Of a stretch of DNA of 64,000 nt, positions 54,355 to 64,000 are shown one piece after another. Source of the stretch: Eledone cirrhosa (taxonomy: Eukaryota); the NCBI GenBank assembly GCA_964016885.1, contig OZ024756.1, positions 38,254,001-38,318,000 on the forward strand, written 5' to 3'. The notes below the pieces were generated by a model that worked only from the letters and a program-made list of their open reading frames with translations, had not been told where the DNA came from and searched no databases. Made by a program: the position numbers and the translations under genes. How positions within the stretch are numbered: position 1 is the stretch's first letter; each line of letters begins with the position of its first letter.

Positions 54355-54740
54355 AATGATTGTGTACAGTGCTCAGGTGCACTACAACTCATCAAAGGTG
54401 CATGTATAATACATAGAATAATTTACAAATGTCAGGAAAGTGAACAGTGTATACACAGACACACGCATCCATGTATGCGTGTGCCTGGAGGGGGGATATC
54501 AGGTGTAGTGTTGGCGAATTTCAGGAAGCATGGAGGTTTTGAAGGATGCAGTGTCCCGACAGCTAACAACCGATGCAGGTAGTTTGTTCCATGCTTCAGC
54601 AACTCTGAGCATGAAAAAATGCTTCTGAATGTCATGGGAGCTGTACTGTTTTCTGATTTTGTAGGCATGTCGACAGGTGTTAAACATATGGAATTCATAA
54701 ATGTGCTCAGGGTTGTTGTTGGCAAGATGGTTAATAATTT
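54355..54740 (-). mobile_element. CR1-clade LINE 3' fragment
   Basis: Minus ORF HAYKIRKQYSSHDIQKHFFMLRVAEAWNKLPASVVSCRDTASFKTSM plus 3' UTR. Confidence 0.88.
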
Positions 54741-55433
54741 TGTGGGTAATTATATTAACCCAAGTATTTTATTCCACCCCCACCCCACTCCTCAGAAGAG
54801 TGAAGGGCAAAATTGAATTCAGCAGGATTTGAACTCAAAATGTAAAAGCCATAGCTATATGTCATGAAGCATGGCATCTGACACTCTACCGACACTGCCA
54901 ATCCACCACCCTTTTAAACTTGATAATAATAAAAGAAAATATTTAACCACTGAAATCTAATATTGTCTGTCAAGGTTTGAATTTTTGAAATTTGAACATT
55001 TTAATAGCGGTAGTTTCAGATATATTGATGTTTAAAGGGTTAAGGCTGGTTTTTGTTAAAATTGCTTCAAATAGAATTTCTAAAGTTTTAACCTGTCCAA
55101 AACCACCTTTGGCCCCTATGAAATAGAATCACCTATTTTAAAGGGTTCCTATTTAAATGAAACTTTCCAACATAATTTTATATAAGAACTGTTAAGCTAG
55201 TTAAAAATACCATCTTAATAATGAAAAAATAATAATAATATATTTAGTAAATTCCTCAAAATACTTAATTAATTAATCGAAAAACTGTATTTTTCTAGAA
55301 TCATGGTCACAAAAGTGTTGTTTATTATGTAATATTTTTTGATTTTATTGTAACTCCCACTGTCCCTGTCTTTTTTATTGTCCCCTATATGTTGGCCCTA
55401 GTGGCCAATAAATGAAACTATTATTATTGGCAA

Positions 55434-55627
55434 GGGACGGTGAATTGGCAGTATTGGTAGAGGGTTGGATGTCATGCTTTCCAGCATAGTTACGTCCCTT
55501 TACGGTCTGAGTTCAAATCCTGTCAAGGTTAATTTTGCCTTTCATCCTTCGGGGTCGATAAAATAAAGTACCAGTAATGTACTGGGTAACTGCTGGCCCT
55601 GTGCCAAAAGTAGAAACAATTATTATT
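55434..55627 (+). mobile_element. SINE family A
   Basis: Complete head-core-tail. Confidence 0.82.
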
Positions 55628-55678
55628 AGTAGTAATAGAATTTTATTAATTTTCTGTTTTGTGTTTCTCTTTATTTAG

Positions 55679-55738
55679 AAACTGCACCACAGTGTCTTGG
55701 TTTACAGCTTATTGTGGACTGGTGGTTATAGCCCTCAG
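55679..55738 (+). ncRNA. Candidate 60-nt internal exon of the miRNA host transcript
   Basis: Long polypyrimidine tract and TTTAG| acceptor; perfect donor CAG|GTAAGT. Confidence 0.7.
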
Positions 55739-56030
55739 GTAAGTATACCTGCTTGCTAACGATATATATGTGCACATACATATATAAGCTGTTTGTTGTA
55801 TGTGTTTATATATATATATATATTTACACATGTGTGTAAAAGTATATTACGTATGTATGTGTTACTCATGTTATTGAGATGGAAAACCTCAAAAACAAAC
55901 TTTTTAATCTGTATGCAATTAAAATGCGATCACCAGAAAAGATGAGCTGGATTGATACTGGTTTCTTGTTTCAACTCATCCTGTTCACTGTCACTCCTAC
56001 ACCCCACCCTCTCTCTCCCTTCACCACCAC

Positions 56031-56090
<60 letters not shown>

Positions 56091-56130
56091 CCGCCATTAC
56101 ATACCTTTTCCTTTTGTGCGTGGCCTGGTT

Positions 56131-56196
56131 ACACAAACCCGTAGCTCTGGACTTGTGTTGAGGTTGGGTCACAAGCTCACGCTTATGGGTCAGTGT
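56131..56196 (+). ncRNA. mir-100: pre-mir-100 (miR-99/100, Mir-10-P2 family), divergent mature sequence
   Basis: 5p AACCCGTAGCTCTGGACTTGTG (56136-56157) is 19/22 identical to canonical AACCCGUAGAUCCGAACUUGUG with the seed intact; the 3p arm CAAGCTCACGCTTATGGGTC pairs with it and resembles miR-99/100 star strands; lies upstream of let-7 on the same strand. Confidence 0.9.
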
Positions 56197-56395
56197 CGCT
56201 ATGGTAACTGAAGTTTTAAGTAGTAGTCTCTCTTTCTATCTCTTTTATACATACACGTGTACGTGTGTATACATACATATATATATATATATATATATTT
56301 ATACATACATACACACACACACACACTCACACATATATACATACACATATATATGTATATATATATATATATGTATGTATGTATTTTCTTCACAG

Positions 56396-56510
56396 CGCTG
56401 CTGCTATCTGAGATGACCACCCACAACAACAACGATATCAGCAGCTGCTGCCCCTGTTCAAAAGGGACAATTAAAAAAAAATAAATAAACCAAAATACAT
56501 ATACTACTAA
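56396..56510 (+). ncRNA. Candidate exon downstream of mir-100 (possibly terminal); 3' end uncertain
   Basis: Acceptor TTTTCTTCACAG| at 56395; AATAAA at ~56480. Confidence 0.4.
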
Positions 56511-56764
56511 ATGAGCACTATAAAGGAAAAGACAACTGCAACAACAACAACAACGTAACATAACAAAAGACAAGAAAGAAAGACATTTCCTGTCACCCCT
56601 CTCCCCTCCTTACCTCCAATCCAACAATCTCTTACCGCCACTACCAGCGTCATCATCAATGCCTGTGATGGCATCATCATCATCATCATCATTATTGTTA
56701 TTATTGTTGTTATTATTATCGTTACTGTCTTTTGCATAATTTTTGCAGGAGTTAAGAGAGAGAG

Positions 56765-56821
<57 letters not shown>

Positions 56822-56905
56822 CATACATGTATACATAACGAAGCAAGTCTTTCTTTTTGGAAGTGATCCTATGTATGTGTGTATGTACATATATATATAT
56901 ATATC

Positions 56906-56938
<33 letters not shown>

Positions 56939-58115
56939 GTATACACACAGTGTCCCCAAAATGTATACACACTTTGATTACCTGTACAGGTAATATTTAT
57001 TAGAATGCTGTTGAAGTGTGTATACATTTTTAGGGGTCGCACTGTGTTTATGTATGAATATATATACGTGTGTATATACGTATGTATGTGTGTGTATATA
57101 TATATATTTACATATACATATGTATATATATATGTGTGTGTGTGTGTATGTTTACTGGGAAAAGGGGGAGATTACAGAAGACAAGCTGAAAACCTGAAAC
57201 AATTACAACACAGTTGAATAACAATGTATGAATTATTTCATTTTATTTCATCTTAACCTCTAATTTATTATCATCATCATCATCGTTATATAGATAATCT
57301 TAATTTAGATGGTTTTGTTTGTTTGTTTGTTTTTTCCTTTGTGTAATTATTGTTGTTATATTTTTTGTATTTTTTTAATATCATTATTATTATTAATTTC
57401 ATTACTACTTATTACTATTAATATTATATATTATTATTTTGTTAAATTTCAGTGTTATATTCTTGATATGTGTGAGATGGGGACAGGGGTCTCTTCCCCC
57501 ACATATTTTTCCCGACATTGTGTATTCTTTGTTCAAGATTTTTCAGTCTCTTTCTGTGTTGTTGTCATTACGCACTAGAGTCGGTTTAATCGACTTTCCC
57601 CTCCCCCACACAAAATTGCTGGCCTTGTGCCTAAATCAAACAATTATTATTATATTGTATATTGAACCTAACAGCCAGTTGCTCCTCCGATTATTCTCAA
57701 TTACAATTTTCCATAGATCTTTAAAATCTTTATTTAAATCTCCACTTCCATCAGACAGGCTTTAGTTTAACCAATATACAGTACTTATTGTTATTCTAAA
57801 CACTTTTGTGTGTATGTGTGTATATATATATATATATATACAGGGTGTCCCAATAAATATGTACACACTTCAACAGCATTCTAATAATTGCCTCTACAGG
57901 ATATCAAAATGTGTATGCATTTTGCGGGGACAGCCTGTGTGTGTATATATATATATATATGTATATATATATGTATATATATATATATGTGTGTGTTTAT
58001 TGCTCTTCTTCAGTTCCATTTTTTTTTTTATATATTAAAATATATGATTTATAATTACATTTCTTAAGATAATTATGTAATTGTCATATTATTATTATTA
58101 TTATTATTATTATTA

Positions 58116-58312
58116 CGGCGGTGGATTGGCGGTATCAGTAGAAGGTCGGACGCCATGCTCTGCAGCAAAGAGTTACGGTCCTTGCCATTCTGAGTTCAAA
58201 TCCCGCCGAGGTTAGCTTTGCCTTTCGTCCTACAGGGTCGATAAAATAAAGTACCAGTAATACATTGGGATAATTGCTGGCCTTGTGCCAAAAGTAGAAA
58301 CAATTATTATTA
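58116..58312 (+). mobile_element. SINE family A
   Basis: Complete copy flanked by (ATT)n. Confidence 0.85.
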
Positions 58313-58853
58313 TTTTCAGGTAGAGTGCCTTGTGGTATTTATTCTGACTCTGTACACTCTAAATTCAAATCTTGCCAAGTTCAACTTAGCTTTTCATCCC
58401 CAGAGTAGGTGATTGGGGGTGGGTCAGGAGTAAAAAAAAAAAGTACCAGTTAAATGCTGGAGTTGATTCACTTCCCCTTTCGCCAACATTGTTGGTTTGG
58501 CGTTGAAATTATAATCATTAATAATATACATACAGCATAGAGTTATGGCCCTTTACGTTATGTCTTCAAATCGCGCCATGGTTAGCTTTGCCTTTCATCC
58601 TTATGGGGTCGATAAGATAAAGTACCAGTCACGCACTGGGGTAATTGCTGGCCTTGTGCCTAAAGTAGAAACGGTTATTAATATACACGCGTATATATAT
58701 ATATTAACAATATTAATAAATGGAAAATATCATTTATAATACCATATTATAATATATTAATATTAATAATACTCCAGATCAAATTTGTAGTGTTTCAAAT
58801 CTGTTATAAAAATAACTTTGTTGAATGATAATCAACAAACTATATAACTCATT

Positions 58854-58897
<44 letters not shown>

Positions 58898-59851
58898 AGA
58901 GAGAAAGTAACAATGGTTAATGTCACAGAAAAAGTAACACATGTGTAACCTGTTAATTCAAGTGAAGATATGCTTCTTATTTTTTTCTTAAAAAAAAAAT
59001 GTTCTTGTAATTTATTACGAAGATCTCTATAATTAAGCAAAAACTAAAATCTATTCTAGATTCTATAAAAGTATAAGTTTGGAGAATTATCTCTCCTTCC
59101 CCCCAAAAATGTTTTCGTAAAAATGCCGTTAGTTGATGTCATTTATAAGCGACATCGTTGTAACCTCAATTGACTGTATGTAGAATATACAGGGTGCCCC
59201 CCTCCTTTAAATGGCTGCTTTACCATTTAAGCATTTTTAATGACTTTTTTCTATTTTTATTTTATTAATTTTTTAATTTTAATTTAATTTTATTTTTTTT
59301 ACTGTTCAGATGTTGAAAAATATGTAACTGGAAATTAAATTGGCAGAGATGTTAGAACATCTGTTAGATGTTAGAATGCTTGTATTGTTCTGGCTATCTC
59401 TGCTATAGGTTCAAATTCTGCTGGGGTCTCTTTTTCAAAATAAATAAATAGACTATCATCAGTCCAGTAAAGGGGTTGATTCTTCCTCTTTTCCGTTATT
59501 AATTTCCAAGTAACAGTTTTTGTGGGGGGGTTGTTTTTTCTTTCAAAATCTGAAATAAAAATAAAAAATAAATTAGGATTGGTTTCAGAAAGTCAGTACA
59601 ATTCAAGTTAGTAATAATTAGAATATACATATTCTAGCTATGATAGCAGGGAAAATGGACATTAAATGATGTTGATGTTATAGGAGTTGATATTAGAATA
59701 GAGTAAGAGAAAACAACAGTTTCTAAGTTTACTTTATATTTTTTTATGAGAAATATAGAGTGATGGGGAGCTGAACTTGCACTCGAATTTTCACTCCTGT
59801 ATTTCTAAATTTGTGATCTCAATGCTCTAACCACTAAGCCACACATTTCTA

Positions 59852-60120
59852 AATGTGTGACTTAGGGGTTAGAGCATTGGGGGATCACAATCGTGAGGTC
59901 ATGAGCTCAATTCCTTGACTTGGGAAGTCTGTTGTGTCCACTTTATCCCATGTTTGTCCAGTTCACTCAGCTAAAAAAATGTGCTGTAATATACATCACT
60001 GGTGCCAAACTGTATCATCCTTTACCTTCTCCTTGGGCCACACTGGTGGCATATAGAGGGGAGACTAGTTTGTATGTATGGGTGATTGCTGGTCTTCCAT
60101 ATAAACAACTTTCCCCAGGC
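59852..60120 (+). mobile_element. tRNA-derived SINE (family B-like head), degenerate
   Basis: GACTTAGGGGTTAGAGCATTGG...GAGCTCAATTCC; preceded by a short inverted head fragment at 59812-59848. Confidence 0.55.
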
Positions 60121-60813
60121 TGTGCCTCAGAGAACTTTCTAGGTGTAAACCCATGGTCATTTATGACTAAAAGAAGACCATATAAATTTCTAAAATAAGT
60201 CAACAAATTGGCAAAGTTGCTTTCTGCACTCCAGGTTGAAATCCTGCCAATCTCTATTTTATCTTTTATCTTTTTGGGGATCAATAAATAAGCTATGAGC
60301 CCATTACTGGGGTCGATCCTTTCTCGATTTCTCTTTCTCTGGAAGAAATTGTCTGTATTTAGACCTAGAATCTAATGGTCTCCATCACATTTAAAATGTC
60401 CAAGACATTATTTTACTGCAGTGTTCCTTACAACTCCATCAGCAGCTACAAGTTCATGCATGCATTTTTTAGTTTGTATTGTACCAGCTTCCCCCAAACA
60501 ATCCTACCCATATATTTCACTGCTTTATTTAAAAGATATAGTATTGTTTAAAGCTAACATTTTTTTTGTTAATTTTTAAAAATAAAGTCATTTATGGGCC
60601 ACTCTGTATATCGATATGGCTGGAGATGTTATTTTTTTTTCTCTTTGTCTCCCACTTTTTTTTAATCCTTCTAAATTTTTATATAATTAAACAAACAAAC
60701 AACTCACCATTTTCTTTCCCCATTCTTACACACACACACACATACACACATATATGTGTGTCTGTGTGTGTGAAAATACTCCTAAGCTGAGAACGAGAAG
60801 AAAACGTTTATGA

Positions 60814-60896
60814 TCCCAGACTGAGGTAGTAGGTTGTATAGTTAAGAAATACACCATTTCAAGGAGGACTGTACAACCTTCTAGCTTTCCCTGGGG
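60814..60896 (+). ncRNA. let-7: pre-let-7 microRNA
   Basis: Exact mature TGAGGTAGTAGGTTGTATAGTT at 60822-60843; star CTGTACAACCTTCTAGCTTTCC at 60869-60890; basal stem CCCAG/CTGGG; CNNC (CAAC) ~17 nt downstream of the 3p arm. Confidence 0.99.
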
Positions 60897-61711
60897 CATG
60901 AATAAGCAACACTTTTCAAACACATCATATCCTCCTGGCGTTTCACAAACAAAAACAACGCTGGATGTGCATCACTATTTCTTTGTTTGTTTGTTTGTTT
61001 TGTTGTTTTTTGGATTTTTTTTTTTTTTTCAGTTGTGTCAAAGACATGACAACCTCTCTAGTATTGGTGATAATATAATGAAAATTATTGTGTACAGTGC
61101 TCAGGTGCACTACAACTCATCAAAGGTGCTTGTATACTACACATGATAAACACACTATATATTTTGTAATGTAATGTAAATGGTGATAGGAAGGGCATTC
61201 AGCTGTAGAGAACCTGCCAGAAATGAGTCGGGAAGACTTCAGCTATGTCAAAGACATGACAACTTCCACCAGTGCTGGTGCCATGATAAAGTACACACAC
61301 TAGAGCATGGGGGTTGTATTCAAGCAAGACAGAGGCTTCTGGCTCATCTGAGATGTCAGTGGGTCCATTTGAGTACTGACACGGTCTATGAAGACCCTCT
61401 CCTCCAACCCATGCTAGCAAGGATAACAATGATCTATCTCTTCTTCTACAGTTATTAAATAACTGCCAAGCATTTAGCCAGTATCTCATGGCAGTCCTTC
61501 CTTGTGCTGGACATAAACAAATATAAATCAAATGACTAGAGACTGCTTTTTGTTGTGTCTGTTTGTTGGCTGACATTTTAATAAAAATGTCCCCCCCCCC
61601 CTTTTTTTAATTTATATATTTATATATTCTTGTTACTGTTTTATATATTTATATTTGTGATGATGATGGTGATGATTGTTTATGTTATGAAATTGTTTGA
61701 AATGTTTGCTA

Positions 61712-61779
<68 letters not shown>

Positions 61780-61819
61780 CATTACTTTTATTTTTATTTA
61801 CATTATTATGTCACAGTTA

Positions 61820-62042
61820 AGGGTGGTGGATTGGCAGAATCGGTAAAGTGTCGGACACCATGCTTTGCGGCATGGAGTTACGGCCCTTTACGTTCTGAGT
61901 TCAAATCCCACCGAGGTTAGCATTGCCTTTCATCCTTACGGGGTCGATAAAATAAAGTACCAGTCATGCACTGGCGGTTAATTTCATCGACTTTCCCCTC
62001 CCAAAATTGCTAGCCTTGTGCCTAAATCAGAAACCATTATTA
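61820..62042 (+). mobile_element. SINE family A (long-tail variant)
   Basis: Complete copy; flanked on both sides by ATTATTATGTCACAGTTAA (target-site duplication). Confidence 0.9.
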
Positions 62043-62357
62043 TGTCACAGTTAATATCATTTTAATAACCAGATATATTCGTAATGTGAAAACTAAAGAT
62101 TTTATTTATTTATCGTGAATAATTCTGTACATAAATATAACAAAAAAGATTATAATTGAACAATATATTGAGAAGGGAGACTTGCTGACTCTTATAATGG
62201 CTGGTCTTCCATAAACCACCCTGTCCAGTGTTGGACCTTGGTAGGGGAACTTTCCTCATGAAAGCCCATAATAAGTCATGACCAAAAGGGGACCTTTTAT
62301 AATAGGTCCCCTTTGGGATATAAATAATTATTTATATCACTTCATGCTCAAACAGTT

Positions 62358-62805
62358 ATATATAGATTATGAAATAACTTGTTAATTTTCATGGCCAGCC
62401 TTGCTAAAACATTTATATATCAAATATATAGATTATGAAATAACTTGTTAATTTTCATGGCCAGCCTTGCTAAAACATTTATATATCAAATATATAGATT
62501 ATGAAATAACTTGTTAATTTTCATGGCTAGCCTTGCTAAAACATTGATATATCAAATATATAGATTATGAAATAACTTGTTAATTTTCATGGCTAGCCTT
62601 GCTAAAACATTGATATATCAAATATATAGATTATGAAATAACTTGTTAATTTTCATGGCCAGCCTTGCTAAAACATTTATATATCAAATATATAGATTAT
62701 GAAATAACTTGTTAATTTTCATGGCCAACCTTGCTAAAACATTTATATATCAAATATATAGATTATGAAATAACTTGTGGATTTTCATGGCTATTCTTAC
62801 TAAAC
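62358..62805. repeat. 66-bp minisatellite, ~6.7 copies
   Basis: Unit TAGATTATGAAATAACTTGTTAATTTTCATGGCCAGCCTTGCTAAAACATTTATATATCAAATATA. Confidence 0.95.
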
Positions 62806-63378
62806 TACATCATATATACAGGTGATGTAATACATTGTTAATTTTCAAGGCTATTGTTGCTAAATCTGATTTTTTTAAATAGATTTATTGATTATTTTTA
62901 AAATAATTTATTCAATTTTAAATTTTAAAGAGAAAGAAAATTTCATGCATATTTTTATGTCATAAAATCTCTCATTGACTTTTTTCATTTCAAAACAATT
63001 GTTAGTCTTTTCCAGGATCAAAAAGATTATATATATTTGCATGTGTGTATATATGTATGTGTGTGTGTGTGCATATATATATAAAGGGTGTTCCAAAAAG
63101 ATGTATACATACTTTGATTGCCTGTACAGGCAATATTTATTAGAATACTGTTGAAGTATGTTTACATTTTGGGGGGCACTCTGTATGTGTGTATATATAT
63201 ATATGTGTGTGTGTATGTGCATATATATATAGCGTTTTCCAGCATTGCATCTTTAACCTGTTTTGAAGAAGCAACTGCTACTACAGTTGACTCAGCCAGA
63301 TCTTAAACCATGTTAACCCCAGGCCTGATATGATGTGTTTTATATTACTGTTGGTATCAGAGAGCCAACCAAAAGTAA

Positions 63379-63482
<104 letters not shown>

Positions 63483-63494
63483 TTCTCTGTCTTA

Positions 63495-63755
63495 AGCCAG
63501 AAGTCTCATTTGGCCAGTGCTTATCCCAGTTTCATGGCATGAAGCGACTGAGAGTACAAGACTCCCCCCTGGACAGGACGCCAGTCTATCGCAGGGTTAA
63601 ACCTCCAGCTATTGCTGGTACTCATTTTCAGCTGAGTATACTGGAGCAACATGAAATGAAGTGTTTTGCTCAGGAACACAACACGCAACCCAGGAATCGA
63701 GCCCACGACATTATGATCGTAAGTCCAACACCCTTACCACTAGGCCACGTGCCTA
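63495..63755 (-). mobile_element. SINE family B
   Basis: Minus strand TGGCCTAGTGGTAAGGG (A box), GGCTCGATTCC (B box), TTCCTGAGCAAAACACTTCATTTC core. Confidence 0.8.
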
Positions 63756-64000
63756 CACATACATACATGCATGCACCTGTGTCCACTTTTTCCATTTCTA
63801 AGGTAATTTACCAAATTTTATCAGTTATTATCTTTAGTCATCAACGGCTATTAGTTGTTTTTTTTACATTTGGGACGTTCAAATTTTCAAATATATATAA
63901 TGTATGTGTATGTGGGCTGGGTGCTTTTTATCGTGTCACCTACACAACCACTTTACAGTGTGGACTGGGTGTTTTTTTTTTATCGTGACACCTACATGAC

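Noticed and set aside
56600-56760. Minus-strand exon with N/D-rich ORF and GTAAG donors
   Set aside because: Mostly (AAT)n/(GAT)n low complexity, no good acceptor and no partner exons

Overview
AT-rich, microsatellite- and repeat-dense animal genomic DNA. The 5S variant and the SINE/LINE landscape suggest a mollusc, probably an octopod cephalopod (inference, not verified). No convincing protein-coding gene is present: the long ORFs in the track are translations of microsatellites, minisatellites or decayed LINE ends. The functional core is the 5' part of the mir-100/let-7/(mir-125) cluster on the + strand. There is a divergent mir-100 hairpin at about 56131-56196 (intact seed, three non-seed substitutions) and a canonical let-7 hairpin at about 60814-60896. 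No mir-125 was seen in the window. Strong splice signals outline a probable spliced non-coding host transcript: two candidate promoters/first exons at about 2.4-3.5 kb, small exons at 46827-46876 and 55679-55738, and an acceptor at 56396, placing mir-100 in the short intron before it. The roughly 44-kb first intron holds tRNA-derived SINEs, piggyBac-, Tc1/mariner- and hAT-like MITEs, CR1/RTE/R4/Tx1 LINE 3' fragments, Penelope-like ends with degenerate hammerhead ribozymes, a 5S rRNA retrocopy, and several large minisatellites seeded from transposon sequence. Repeat boundaries are approximate, read by eye.
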